Assembly (NCBI GenBank): GCA_964234715.1
Contig: OZ174279.1
DNA: 64,000 nt
From: Podarcis melisellensis
Lineage: Eukaryota
Strand: one strand, 5' to 3'
Position 1 is the stretch's first letter. Every line of letters starts with the position of its first letter. The notes under the pieces are model-generated. The model made no database searches and had not been told where the DNA came from. It was given only the letters and a program-made list of their open reading frames with translations. A program made the translations under genes and the position numbers. This document shows, one piece after another, positions 23,645-37,394 of this stretch.

Positions 23645-23898
23645 TATAAGAAACCAAAGGCCCATCTAGTCCAGCATCCTAGTCTCTCAGTGGCCAACCA
23701 GATGCTTACAGAAAGCCTAACAAGAAAAATACATGCACAACAGACCTCTCCACACTTGCAGTCTCCAGCAACTGGTTTTCAGGGGCATATTGCCTCCAGT
23801 ATAGGAATCATTGCACAGCCATTGTAGTTAGTAGCCAATGATAGCCTTATCCTCCATAAATTTCTCCCTTTTTAAAGCCATCCAAGTTGGTGGGCATT
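23645..23898 (-). mobile_element. CR1 LINE 3' fragment
   Basis: CCAAAGGCCCATCTAGTCCAGCATCCT...TTTTAAAGCCATCCAAGTTGGTGG is the reverse complement of the same type of 3' region seen at ~22070-22270. Confidence 0.8.
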
Positions 23899-25981
23899 GA
23901 TAGTGAACCAAGTAAACTAGCAGAGTAGCAGGTTGGCTCTGCCAGGACATTGGCTCCACGCTGGCCTCCCTGTTGCCTTGCCCCTTTCCTCTCCTCCCCT
24001 CCAGTAAGCAGCAACTCAGCTGTTGTTAAGCCAGGTTAGTACTGCCACCCCACCCCACCGTCCACTACTGAAGTCCCTGATGTTGAGTTCCAGTAGGCAC
24101 AGTAAACTAACTGTAATCTGGGACACAGTTCAGAAGGGCAAAACCTGAGCCTCATCCCAAGCTCTGGAATTATGCAGGACAGGCTTTACTTCTATGGTGT
24201 CCTTGAGTTATACAATAAACGGAATAGTGATTCAGCTTCTTATAGAAGTAAATGAGTGCTCTTTATTCATAAGAAGAAACAATGCTGTAGAGGTAACACC
24301 CACCTACCACCCAGCCCTAACATTACAAGCACATAAGTGAATAGTACTTATATGGGGTTGGATCCAGAGTTCCCATGGGCACAATGTTTCTAGTAGGAGG
24401 TTATTTTTACCAATTCCCCTTTCTCTCCAGTAGTAGAGCAGCTCTCTTAGTGAGGCAGAGCTGCTACACTAGCTTCCCAGCAGGTGGGTTGCTGTTGCTT
24501 TTCACGAGGGTTGGGGAAGGGTGACAGGCATTAGACATGGTGCAAACACACAGGCAAGACTTCCAGAACAATGCCAGAGGTGGCGCTGAGGCTGCAGGGG
24601 TAAGGAAAGTGGCAAAATGGCTTCCTCTATCCCTCCTGTGAGAGTCAACACAGAGTCAACATCTTTGTCCCTTCCATGACCTGGAGCCAACCCTCAGCTT
24701 CCTGCATTGGCATCAGCTCTGTCAATGTATTAAGCTGCTGATCAACAGAATGGAGATGATGAAACATGGTATTTTCGTTATGCAGCTTCTTTGCTGGGTG
24801 AGATTTACAGGAGGCTGTTAAAGTAATATATTGGCAATCAAAACCCAAAGAAAAGATGTCTTGACGGCCATATTTCTCCTTTTTTGCACCCCCTGGGATC
24901 CTCGCACTCACATACACGTATGTCTACCAGTCTACCTCAAAATGACATAAATATATGTAGCTAGCAATTAAATTTTATAATTCTAACAAAAGAAATAACA
25001 CTGGATCATAAAAATCAAGTTTGCAATCCTCCCCCCTTAATAAATATTTCCCTACTCAATGCATACAATCCAGTTTCAAATTTCATCAAACTCAACAGGA
25101 ATGTTTAGCATGTCCTTAACCCTTTCCTGCTGAAATGAACAAGAACTTTAAAGTGCTCAATCATGACTGAATATCTGCTAGTGTTTTCCATTCACAATCT
25201 TTCCTTCCCATGGGAACTTTATTATATTAATAGTCAGGGAGAGGCAGTGGTTATCAATGGCTTTCCAGGGACCAAAAGATACATCAGAACTCTCATCCCT
25301 CCACTACTCCCAACATTCACTCCTTATGCTATAGACTTTGGAGATTTGACATTGGTAGGGCCAAAAGAGTGATGTGTTAGGGAGCAAGGTGGGCAAGGAT
25401 CCAGTGCCTTCCAGTTCCTCACTTTCCCTTTTTCCCAGTGAACTAAAATAAGGATCAGGGGAAGGGACTACCTTTGAATTCCTAACCTTCCAATTTTTAG
25501 GATTGAACAATAAGGGACACCTCACTTTACGTTTTAAAAAAAATTGTTTATAGCTGGTCACCTAAATTACTGTGTCAGAATTCTTCAAATCATCTCTGCC
25601 TTGAAGAATTATGTGTACAGTATACTCCCTGGGGCGAAATGCGCTTTTAAGGTCTTGGACTTGCTTCCTGTGCAGGGCCTGCTTGGTGCGCTGGCTCTGG
25701 GAGTAGTAGGGATGCTCTCCCTCTCCCTGACTGCTATAAGGCTGGCTAGCTAGTCATGGGGTGGCTCCAAGGATAACACGATTTTGTCTATATGGAATTT
25801 TCACTCATATGCATTACCCTTGGAACTAAACCCCTGCATAAGATTCAGGCCAATTCTATCTAAAAATGACACAAAACTGAAAGTTTTGCAAATTCTTTAG
25901 AGAACAGGAGTGAGATACTGAAAAAATATGTACAACCTTTAAGGTGGATATATACAATGTCACTGGGCTAATGTCTTCATA

Positions 25982-26026
<45 letters not shown>
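25982..26026. repeat. (TAT)15 microsatellite, probably the tail of an adjacent minus-strand retroelement 3' end
   Basis: Perfect trinucleotide run. Confidence 0.95.
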
Positions 26027-26027
<1 letters not shown>

Positions 26028-27191
26028 TATTAAATTTGAATGGTGCCCTTCATACGTAGGACTAAGGGAGGTTCAGAGCATAAAAACACAAAATAAAAAC
26101 ACAAAATACATAATAAAACAAGAGCAAAAAATCCACAAACCAATAACCCCACATCCCATTTTCTAGGATCCTATTGCCTAATATTCATCATTCTTAAAAT
26201 CCCAAAATCTTTTTCATGCTTTATATGCCTACATAGGACTCTAACAGAAACCAACTTTACTAGCACAATATATTTTGAAAAGCAAACTGACGGGTTCTCA
26301 TTTTCTCCCTAAACTATTTCCCATTTATTGCTTGTAAATAGCAGGAAGAAATGTATATGCAATTAAAGATTTTTCACTCAAACAACTCAGTGCTGAAAAG
26401 GCAATCCTTCAATTTACAAAAGCAGCTTGCCACTTCTGCAGTGAACAAAGAGACCACCTGGCATGTATTTCTGTTTCTCCTTGTGCTTCAATTGACTGTC
26501 AGTATTTCCTCCAAGCTCAATGATAGCCAGTGACCCCTCCATAATAATAATAAAAATCCATTGAATTTATTTAAAATCTTTGTTAATGCTACTTAGTACT
26601 ATTTGTTCCAGAAAACAAATATTCAACTATTCAGTTACTGGATTGTATGCCTGTTAGTGGGTACAATAGTTGCCCCCCCCAATCTTACTATATTTTAAAG
26701 ATGGCTCAATCCCATCTGTCAATTTGTCCTTAACTGTCAAGATAGTGACTGGTATTCAACGTCCATCACTGCAGTCAAGACAAAAAACTCACAAAACATT
26801 ACATGCTGTGCCTGCAGGCAGTCACATACTGAAGTCTATATATTTTGCTGTGATAAAACGTAAGAAAGTAGTAAAGTCCTAGCAATCTGATGGGGGAACT
26901 AATTACACACATGGACTCATGTATAGCAACCATGCTGTCAGTCTCCATTATCTAACAGTATTTATAAAACTAGTTACACACCAACAGTGTTTGATAATGT
27001 TTGACCAAAGTGTAAATATACAATGAATCATTCCAGTATTTATTATTTATGTCTTTATTTTATGAGGGCTGTCACTGCAACTTAAAAATAATTTAAAACC
27101 AAAGAGTAAAATGATGTTAGAAATGAGTCAAAGGGTGGTTGCTTTGAAAGAGTTAGAAACTGCTTGCCTCTTCATTGCCCTCAGTCTGAAT

Positions 27192-27376
27192 TAGGGCTGC
27201 CATAAATCCAAATTCTCCCAGACATTAGCGGGATCTCAAAGGCGGAACTGATGTTGGGGGGGGGGGGGGATTTCTGAAAGGAAGTGGTTTGCCCTGGATC
27301 GAAAAATTGCATTATTGTAAAGCTCAGCAACTTTCAGGGTGTCCTGATTCTTACTTTTTGAAATATGGCAACCTTA
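27192..27376. mobile_element. hAT (Ac-like) MITE, 185 bp
   Basis: TIRs TAGGGCTGCCAT / ATGGCAACCTTA; perfect 8-bp TSD GTCTGAAT at 27184-27191 and 27377-27384. Confidence 0.9.
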
Positions 27377-28353
27377 GTCTGAATCAATTTTGGTTGTCTT
27401 TAAAGACAGTTAGAAAGTGATTCTATGCATGTTTAACCCAAAATAAGGCCCTTTAATCGTACATCAAAATGAGTGTTTAGAGTAGAGTTTCCCAAATGTG
27501 GGACTCAAGCTGGGCTTTTTTTACTACCGTTCCGATCATCCCTGTCCACTGGGACCTGCTAGCTTTGGATGGTGGGAGTTGCAGTCCAAAAACAGATGGT
27601 TTAGAGGACTGGTGCTTTTCCAAGCACAATTCAAATTGAAGATGCAGCTTGGGACCCAGTTTCTGAAGGAATGCATCTACCCGTCTATGTGCAGAGGTCA
27701 ACTTCGGAGGCTCTCCTCCAGGTGACCCTGCCAAATGGGCCTTCTATGGCTCATGGTGCCCATGAGTGAAATTTGCTTCCCAGGAAAGTTTGCCTGAGAA
27801 TAACATTGCTCTGTTCAGCATCAGGCTAAATATTTGCTGTTCTGTGTAAGGAAGATTATATTTCTTTTTCCTTTTAAAAATGTAAATAATATATGCTTTT
27901 ATTTTCTCTGTGTTTCTATTATTATTACAACAGTATATTTGCGTTTTAAAACTTGTATTTAAATATTTTATACATACACAGAATGAGTAGATAAATAACT
28001 GGAAATTATTACTGAGAAAGAATCAGTTTGAATACAGAACAATGTGTCTATTCAATTTTATACTAAGCTGAAAAGAAAATATTTTCAATCATCAGTTCCC
28101 ATGGCACTGGATACCTCAAAGGTTGAAGCACATTTATATGTTAAAACATGATAGACAGAGTGACGTTTAAGCCTCCTAACAATGGCACAAGGGAGCTGTA
28201 GAACAGTTTTCCTCAACCTGTTACCCTCCAGCTGTTTAGGACTCTGGCTTTCATTAGTCCTAGCCAGCATGCCAAATGGTCAGGGGTGATGAGAGTTATA
28301 GTTTAAAATCTTTGGAGGGTACCATGTTGAAGCCTGCATATAAGTTCAATGCT

Positions 28354-28509
28354 CCTGAATGGATAGCTCAGTCAGTAGAGCACGAGTCGCATAATCTCAG
28401 GGTTATGGGTTCGAGACCCACACTGGTCAAAAAATTCCTGACATTGCAGGGGGTTGGACTAGATGACCCTCATGGTCCCTTCAAACTCTACAATCCTTTG
28501 ATTCTATGA
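28354..28509 (+). mobile_element. tRNA-Lys(CTT)-derived SINE with CR1-type 3' tail
   Basis: TAGCTCAGTCAGTAGAGCACGAG...TAATCTCAGGGTTATGGGTTCGAGACCCAC head followed by TTGCAGGGGGTTGGACTAGATGACC...GATTCTATGA. Confidence 0.85.
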
Positions 28510-29419
28510 AGTAAGAAAAAAGAATGCAGACTCTAATATCTAATAAAGTTAATATGTTAATTTGATTATGTAATAATGTGAATCCAAGTACTGAACCGAG
28601 TTTTGTTCCTGAAGATGTACTGGTAAATGCATCTGTAGAGGATCTGGATTCAAGGTGGGGATAACAGGACCAAAACAACTTTATAAAACAAGCCTTAACT
28701 TCTGCCGCCATCTAGCATTTTTCAAGGCCTTACAAAATAACCCAAATAATTGTGGTGACTCCAAAACTATTTAAAAGGAACTACCCTACTAGTTTCCACA
28801 GCATTTGCCAACGGATGACATAGGAGGGTGCCTCAAGTGAACTCTGGTCATAGATTATCATAATCATCATCAAAGGAAAACGAAATGTATTTAAGGGAAT
28901 TAAAATGTACATGACATACAAAAAAATCCACAGTGACTTTCTGTACAAGACAAAATTCCTCCCCATAGTCACACACTCATCGACTAATGAGTAGCTATAG
29001 TAAAGGGCAGCTCGGGGGGGGGGGGGGAGTCAGTTAATTCACACCAAAGAACGCCAGCACATCCACAGGCCAATGTACTATTTACTATGAGATTTGAAGC
29101 TCCAAAGATGGAACAGGTTGGATTTGTTGAGAAAACTTTAAAAAATGAAATACATTTCCTTCCATCAATGACCCTTATGCACTGTTGATTAGTATTACTG
29201 AGGGATTTGTCATCTCTTTCTCTCTTTGCATTGGCGTTAAGATTTATATGATAAAAAGGTAAAATTTTAAGATAATCTGCTTTGACTGTAGAGAACAAAA
29301 GGCTGACCCTTTGCATCAAAACAGAATCAGTCTTTGCCCATGAACTCCTGCTCCGGCCCTCCAAACAGTGATTCCTGGATGCCTCAGACAGCAAATAGGT
29401 GCATTGCAAATAATGATAA

Positions 29420-29421
<2 letters not shown>

Positions 29422-29457
<36 letters not shown>
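29422..29457. repeat. (AAT)12 microsatellite
   Basis: Perfect run; explains the poly-Ile stretch in spurious ORF 28984..29514. Confidence 0.95.
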
Positions 29458-29458
<1 letters not shown>

Positions 29459-29792
29459 TGCTCTCTGGATGACGCATGCAAGACAGCCAAGTCAATTTGT
29501 ATTACATTAAGCACCAGGTTGTTCAGACATTACAGTATATTCTAATTCTCAAAGTGTCTTCCCCACTTCCTGGTGCTGCTCAACAATGTTTCAAAATAAC
29601 CATAGAAGACACAAGCTCATAAAAGTGTGATTAAGCCTTCCTGCCCATGTCTACTTATGATTAGCTCAAGGCAGTACCAAGTCATTAGGAACCCAGAGGT
29701 GAGAGTTCATCTCCAGATCCTAGTCAATCCTCTTATCCCCAAAGTCCCTAGCTGTTTGCTGTTGAAAACAGCATGCTGGAGATGGACTAGAT

Positions 29793-30336
29793 CATGGGTA
29801 GGCCCAATCACCTTCTAAATCCGGCCCGCGGATGGTCCTGGAATCTTCATGCTTTTACATGAGTAGAATGTGTCCTTTTACAGTCATACGTCATGATATA
29901 GACGCTTCAGGTTACGTGTTTTCGGGGTGCAGATCATGGGAAACCCGGAAGTACCGGAATGGGTTACTTCCGGGTTTCGCCATTCATGTATGTGCAGACG
30001 TGCTAAATCACACTTTGTGCATGTGCAGTAGCGCCAAATCGCACCTGCGCAGACGTGGTGCTTCAGGATGCGAACGCTGCGGGTTGCAGATGTGCCTCTG
30101 TCACGGATTATGTCTGCAACGCAAGGTTCCACTGTATTTAAAATGCATCTCTGGGTTATTTGTGGGGCCTGCCTGGTGTTTTTAAATGAGTAGAATGTGT
30201 GCTTCTATTTAAAATACATCTCTGGGTTATTTGTGGGGCATAGGAATTTGTTCATTTCCCCCCCTTTTTTCCAGCCCCCCACAAGGTCTGAGGGACAGTG
30301 GACCCATCCCCTGCTGAAAAAGTTTGCTGACCCCTG
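29793..30336. mobile_element. hAT-Charlie-type MITE, interrupted by a nested mariner MITE
   Basis: Ends CATGGGTAGGC / AGTTTGCTGACCCCTG; perfect TSD GACTAGAT at 29785-29792 and 30337-30344; colinear with the copy at 59056-59377. Confidence 0.92.
29881..30134. mobile_element. Tc1/mariner (Tigger-like) MITE nested in the hAT MITE
   Basis: TA|CAGT...ACTG|TA; CpG-rich; absent from the sister hAT copy, which has a single TA at the site. Confidence 0.9.
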
Positions 30337-32704
30337 GACTAGATGGACCTTGGCATGATCCAGCAAGGCAATTTTTGTGCTAGTCACTTAAATAAGACAT
30401 AGTCCCCATGTTTGGCTACTTTTCATCCAAGTTCCGGATAGTCAAAAAGCGTATGCAAAAGCCCCCAAATGTTGGCATTTAGACTCCAGTGAGCAGTGCA
30501 GTCCCTGAGCCCCAGCTCAGGATACAAATACAAATAAAAAAGGCTCCCATGCTTTGACAGCAAAGTCAATCCCACGTCTGGCCTGCCAATACTTGGAAAG
30601 CTCCCCAACTAGTCTCAGCTAAAGCTTGAGCAGACTCACTTTATATTACTGATAGGGAACCCAGTGATGGGTCATAAGGGGGAGGACAGAAGAAGTGGTG
30701 TCATTCCAGTGGCAGCACTATGCTCACAAGAGCAAGGGCAGGGCGAGGCAGTGTCATTGTGGGGGAGTTCTAGGTTGTTGGTGGCTCCACTTGGGGGGGG
30801 GGATACATGCAGGGCTGTTGTCACCACCAACCTGGAGCTCCCTAGGGTACCCTGCCTCATTTTAATGAGTGACGTGCCTCCATCACCAATTGGATGCCGC
30901 TGTCCTCCCCCCACCCACAAATGACCTACTGCTGGAGCAACCTGTGGCCCCCCCAGATGTTGTTGAATTACAACTCCCATTGTTCCTGATCACCATAAGC
31001 AATAAAAGGGCATCTGGGGGGGGCCTTTCTCTCTTCCTGCTGTTGGTGCTTAACCTCTTCTACTGGTGCAAAGTACTAGTGGGATTCCTCTTTATCCATA
31101 GTGACATAATGGCAGTATACAACACCAAAGCTCCAGCAAATGAATGTGTGGCCGGCTGTGTGGGGAGCTCCTTCCACCTAAGCATCTGTGCATCTGTCTG
31201 TCTGTCTGTCTGTCTATCATCTGCAGTGACACTTTTTACAACTGAGGGAGGGGGGAGTGAAATCTTCATTCGACCAATATATGCTACTGAAGGACTATGC
31301 ACAGATACTGAGTTCACAGTACTCCTCATCGGGCAGGCAGACTGGAAAGGACAGATGAAAGTACAAACGCTTTTAGACAAGATGACTTGGTGTCCTTAGT
31401 AGCTGAGATGCTGCTATATTGCCTATTTATTTCTCTCACACTTCCAACCCATCAGCAGCTCTCTATATACTGAACATCACCACGGTACACATCCTTGATA
31501 GAAGCAGATATTTATGTTTTCCTTTATATATTTTAGAAATGGTATACAGTAACTGCATAGGAGTAAAATAAACCTAAAAGCACAGGCTGGGTGACCTGTG
31601 AGTTGACATTCCTGCAGTGCAGGGGGTTGGAGTTTCCTTCTAATCACTATGCCCTGAAACCCTTCATCAATTTTCAAATGTGGCTTTACTGAAATCATCT
31701 GAAGGTTTCCAAATGATTTAATGTGTTTTTATTATTTGTTTTTTATAATTTCATAATTCATGATCCAGCAAAGACAATTAATTTAAATACGAGAGCTTTG
31801 CATGCATTTAAATCTCTCTTATTGAAACCAAGGGGATCTAAAAGTGCTTAACTTTTACCAAACTAACTACCTCCTTGTTAGTGGTCATTGTACATTTTGG
31901 CAGCAATTTAATCCATCGTGCAGATACACATAATTGGTATACACATAACTGGGTCTGTTCAGCTATGGATTCTGCTTGCATTTCAGCCACTAAATACCCA
32001 CACATATGATACGATTTCAATTATTGACCTTTTGGTCCCTGGACCTTGCTGCAAAACTCGTCAAAGTCTCTGAGAATGCTAATTATGAATCCATATTTAA
32101 TTATTTGTGGATGTGTAAGAATAGAATTCCCTTACTTCATGGATTTAGGCATCACCAATTAAACAAAAATGCAATTAGGACTGATTCTCATACGTAGTAG
32201 ATGTAAAATGACCAATCCTGATGATGTATTTTCTTCAAGTAATAACCTCTGAGATTGGCAAAATGAAAGTGTCATTTGCAACCCCTTTGCAGAATTGTTT
32301 ATCAAACGAATTACAGAGAAACTGGAATATGAAAAGGTGGTAATTAAAAGAATTCATGGAAGTGCCACAGAATAAATGAATATTCATACACCATCATGAG
32401 CTTTAATGCTTCAAGTCTGATTTTCATTTCATATTTATAATGTCAATCTGGAGTTGCAGAACTTTGTGATTACCTTTTCAGGGTTTACTGAGGTCTGGAG
32501 ACAACAAACACTCCCCCCCCCCCATAGGTAGATGGATGGATATAGGTACAGATTTTCACTTAGATGACAGAGAAAAATACAGGGGAAAATTACCTGGCTC
32601 CATCTAGGGATGAAATTTGGTCCACTTTTCACAGGGGATTGACATGATCTGATGTACCTGAACTTGCTTGAGAAATGGAACACAATTCCCAGCTGCCTTA
32701 TGTA

Positions 32705-32873
32705 CCGTATTTTTCGCTCTATAACACGCACCCGACCATAACACGCACGTAGTTTTTAGAGGAGGAAAATCCGTAGGCATGCCACCCGTAGGCATTCCCT
32801 CCATAACACGCGCAGACATTTCCCTTTACCTTTTAGGAGGAAAAAAGTGAGTGTTATGGTGCAAAAAATACGG
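32705..32873. mobile_element. Tc1/mariner MITE, 169 bp
   Basis: TA TSD; 27-bp TIRs CCGTATTTTTCGCTCTATAACACGCAC / GTGAGTGTTATGGTGCAAAAAATACGG; internal ATAACACGC repeats. Confidence 0.92.
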
Positions 32874-33734
32874 TACTTTTCTGGATTTTGCCATGCATTT
32901 GTGGTGCGGAAACACACAAATATGTTTTTTTCTAAATGGCTCAATGTATTGAAAATAATTGATAAATTCTGGGTAAAAAGTGTCTACAAAAGGCATACAA
33001 TGAGAGATAATAGCTTGCAACCAAGGACTGATTCCATTAGCCCACAACCACCTCCAGCAACTAGAAAGAGTTGGTAAAGTGCCGATTGATTACCAAAAGA
33101 GTGGAGATTATTTGTTGTTGGTGATCATCATGATTAGTAGGTTCAATCAGGCTACAATAAAGCACTTTTAAAGTGTGTAGCTGAATGTTGCACACAACAA
33201 GCACAGGCTGATGTCCTGTTTCTTCACTACAAGGCCATGTTTGGAGGGTGTGATTATGAGCAGAGGGGTTGATGCAGGGGAACTTTACTAATACACAGCA
33301 ACCCATTTTTTCCAGATAAACAATAAAAACACACAAAATGTGCAAAAGTCCAACATCACAAAGTTCGTTTGTTGTTTTTTGAACAAGAATACCACTGCTG
33401 TTTCAAGAATGAGTTAAGAAAAGGTAAGTACAATATTGCATTAAGAGTTCTGAAACTTACTTTGCCTAAGTGCTTTCTGCTTCCTCTTTCCCCTCAGGTG
33501 GTTTCCAGTGGATTCCTGATGCATGATGATGATGTTAAATTTCACAAACACATATCTGGAATCAAAGTGGAAAGCATTTATTTTATATAGACCGTCATCC
33601 GTACTGTTTCCATTGGTATATAGTAGTGAACGCTCAACTCTCCTATGGACAAAACTCTATGCAGTTTCAAAGAGTGCAGAGAGGTTGCTAGCTGGAACAC
33701 GATCATATTATGCCAGTGTTTAGTGAGTCTGTTT

Positions 33735-33965
33735 GGCGGCCAAATTAAAAGTGTCATTTAAAGCCCTAAAGATTTGGGGTCAGGTTTCCTGAAGGATCAC
33801 CTCCTCTGGAACTTATCTTACCTACATGGACCTTCAGAGGATATTCTTTGGGTGTCTCTCTACCAAATGACTTATGATGGGACTTTACTAGAGACATGAC
33901 ATTTTCTGGGCTGGCAACCTGGTTATGGAATGCCTTTCCCAAAGACGCTTCCCTGAAGTCTATGT
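33735..33965 (+). mobile_element. L2 LINE fragment (end of ORF2)
   Basis: TTTAAAGCCCTA...CTGAAGGATCACCT...GCAACCTGGTTATGGAATGCCTT corresponds to the L2 FKAL...L.D.L...AP.LWN.LP motifs. Confidence 0.7.
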
Positions 33966-36900
33966 TGCAACATTTTGGTGCTGCATTACAATCTTCACAC
34001 CCACCCACACATCCATAGCATTTCAATTTTTAAAACCTTTTAGTCAGTCATCCTAAATTCACTGACCCCAACCCCAATTCATGCACCCCCATGTGAAGAT
34101 TGTCATTTTAATGATTTACAGACTCTTTGGTTTTTTTGTCTTCAGTGAAGGGCATTGCTGTGAACTCTATTCTATGGACATTTCCTTCTGCTGAATTCAT
34201 TTTACTTATGGTTGCAGAAGTATATTATATTAATTTTTTAAAAAAACTTTTGGTGTTCAGAGCAATGAACTATAAATATATTAAAAGTGGTACCACATGT
34301 GGTGGGGTGGAATCTCCAGCATCACTTCTCCTTACATGGGTGGGGCAGTGGCAGGCCCAGGGTTGCGCAGATACACTGGTGTTCCTAACTTGCTGCCTCC
34401 CTGCCCAGGCCCTGTCCATGTAGGCAGCGGATAAGCTAATGTCAGGAGGATGGTTCTTCCTCACCATACACACCATTACTGATCAGAAATACCTTTTAAA
34501 ATACGTGTGAAAGTGCTTACTTTGGTTTGCACTCCTTTTTTTTTTATTAAATATTGCTCTAGCTTTTAACTGTTATGAGTCTAAATTCTCCAGCATACCT
34601 AAGGGGTAAGCTGTTTGAAACTGAGCTTGAAAATCCATACCCCAACCAGGTTGGTGAGTTCATGGCCATAGAGAGCTTAAACCCATTATTCATATTCAAC
34701 ATCCAACATATTAGCAGCAATGGCCAAAGTTGACAGCACATCAAGAGTTCATGTTGTCCGCTGTTTTTGTTTAAAACTTTTAAGAACAATGCAATATCAT
34801 GGCCCTATTTGTGCATTCAAGCCACATCTGGCTTGTTTGTGGGGTAAAATATGCAGCGTATAGGTGGAGAACCTGTGAACTCCTATGATCCCTGATCATT
34901 AGCCACATTGGCTTGTGCTGATGGTAGTTGGAATCCAGTAACATCTGAAGGGCCATAGATTCCCCATGCCTGGTATAGGAGATCCCTGCATTGACGCCTT
35001 TGTGCAATTGGGAACCCTGACAACACAGGATTGCCAGTCCCACAGAGGCAACTGTGTTCAGCTGAATATGGGTGGAGCCCCCTTCAGACCTTTGCACTCA
35101 GTGCATGAAGGTATTCTCTTGGAATTGGGTTTTGCAGGCAGGGTTTCTGCACACAAAGCCACAGCAATCTTCACATATTCACTTTGAATGCCTGAAGAGC
35201 GCTTATGTCTGCATCAGATCCATTTTCTTAACCCAGTAGCACACATCTCTGTTGCAACTGTTATTTAGCTCAGCTGAACCCGAACTAACTGCACAGCGAA
35301 CTGGGTGAATAAACGTGTATCTCTAAATTGACTGGGTCTGCTATTAGTTGTTCATGAATTCTTCTCCTATGGGAGTTTATAGAATGTGCAGAGACCAAAA
35401 ATGTCATACTTAGAAAAATCTTTGAGCACACAAGTTTAAATTTGCCTCTCGTGATAATTGTTATACGGTATTGGGGAAAACTGAAATATGTTAAGGGCCC
35501 ACTGAATGAATTATTAAATCCACTTGAACTTTCAAATTATTGACTATCATGAGAGAATGGATTCATATAATGGAATTGGCTGTAATGAAATTCATAATAT
35601 AAGCAATTAGAATGGATAAAAAATTGATTCTTCTAACATGTATTCTCCTTTGACATGGCTTTCACTATTTTTGATATCTTCAATAGGATCACTAAATGCT
35701 CTGTTCAAGATGTGACTGGCATCAGTGAAAAGGAAACAAAAGCAATCAATTTTCTGATAGAGACTGCAGTGCAGAAGGGGGGGAAAACCCAAGCTTTTTA
35801 GAAAAATATACATTACTTATGAGTTTCACAAGGATGGAGCCAGACTTTGCTTCCTGCTGATAGAAAGGCACATGATATAGCAGAGGAATTCTTCTGGCAA
35901 AATGATGAAGGGGGTGGTTTTCATGATTTACCCACTACCTGCAGCTCCCTATACCTCCCATCTGTTCTGGGAGGTTGGGGGACCCTCCAAAATAGTATGA
36001 AATAGTATGAAGTATGACATAGTATGAAGTATAAAAGGTGGCACTGGGAGCTTCAGGGAGGAGGTGATATTTCCTCCCTCCCTTTCTATCAGTGGGGGTG
36101 CCCATGTGGAATTCTGCCCATATGATATAGATAATAGCACGTCCAAACTCTTGATTGATTGTTTGTTTGATTGATTGATTGAATGAATGAATGCCTTTCA
36201 TTTCCTCTATGGAGCTTAGCGTGTTGGGCATGGAGATTACCTATTTTTTAGGCTAGTCTACAAGTAACAGGCCCACAGTTGCCCACTGAGCCTCACACTA
36301 AGCAGAGACTGAAACCTGGGCCTTCCTGGTTGAAACTCCCAAAACACACCAACACCACCTCACAGATGTGTTATTCACAAAAGAGCAGAGTGTATGTCTG
36401 AGCTATAGAATTTATTGAAAGACCAAGGTGACTTCAAACTGATTGTGTTACACATCTAATAGTAAATAAAAGCTACTTTAGCCATCAAAATGTCTTGAGC
36501 CAGCACCAGTAAGAACAAATTGAACTGTATGCACCATAAATGCTACATATAAATTAGAGTCAGCAGTGGCAAACACCACGAGCAGCTTGCTTCGTGAAGC
36601 ATAGCTATAGCAATGCCCCCCCATCAGTATCATTGCCACATACTAGGAAAGGGGGACAAGGTTGGGGCTGCACACAGACTGCCATATAAGCTATGTTAGC
36701 GCACCTGCACACCCCAACCACACCACTGTCTCACCCCTCACTTTAAGTGACAGTGATGCTGCGGCTGGGAGGCTATTGCCACGGTTCCCCACCCCCCACT
36801 CCAAGCAGGTGGACTGCTCCTTGCAAATACTGTGTAATATGAAGTACAGATACATGTTGGAGTAAGAAAGCAGAAGAGAACCTAGCCAGTTGCAACCCCC

Positions 36901-37332
36901 TGCTGAACAGGTTCTCCTATTTCTGACCCATCACACCAGTCTCACCCCAGTTCCACATCCATCTGCTCCTGCCATCATTAAATCATCATTTATTTATTTG
37001 GGTGAGTAAAAGATGGGACCTTTTTGTTGTTGTTAAGGCAGTCCGTGGAGAACTGCACTGCAAAATTTGGAAGGTGCAAAATCTGAAGGATAGCTATGTT
37101 CCAATCTGCATATTAGTCTGGGAGGTACAGTTCAGATCTGTTAGCTCCAGAACATGCACAGATTGAATAGTTTAAAAACAAATTTAAAAATAACTTATCT
37201 TCGCACCTTACACAAACACCAGTGTGCAAATGACAAATAGATTTGTTATGTGAGGGTCGCAAGGAATCTGAATATAGACATATCCTACTAGACAAAACAC
37301 ATCTAAGACTAAAACTCTCTTCAAACATTCAG

Positions 37333-37351
37333 TAATAATAATAATAGTAAT

Positions 37352-37394
<43 letters not shown>

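Noticed and set aside
24470-24590. CTCF-like motifs CCAGCAGGTGGG and CCAGAGGTGGCGCT
   Set aside because: Each lacks key core positions or spacing, and the GC-rich context looks repeat-derived.
28354-28430. tRNA-Lys gene (also at 40919-40995)
   Set aside because: Acceptor and anticodon stems are disrupted and the sequence continues into a CR1-type tail, so it is a SINE head.
28984-29514. 176-aa ORF with poly-Ile
   Set aside because: Artefact of the (AAT)n microsatellite; the poly-Val ORF at 37208-37408 likewise comes from (AAC)n.
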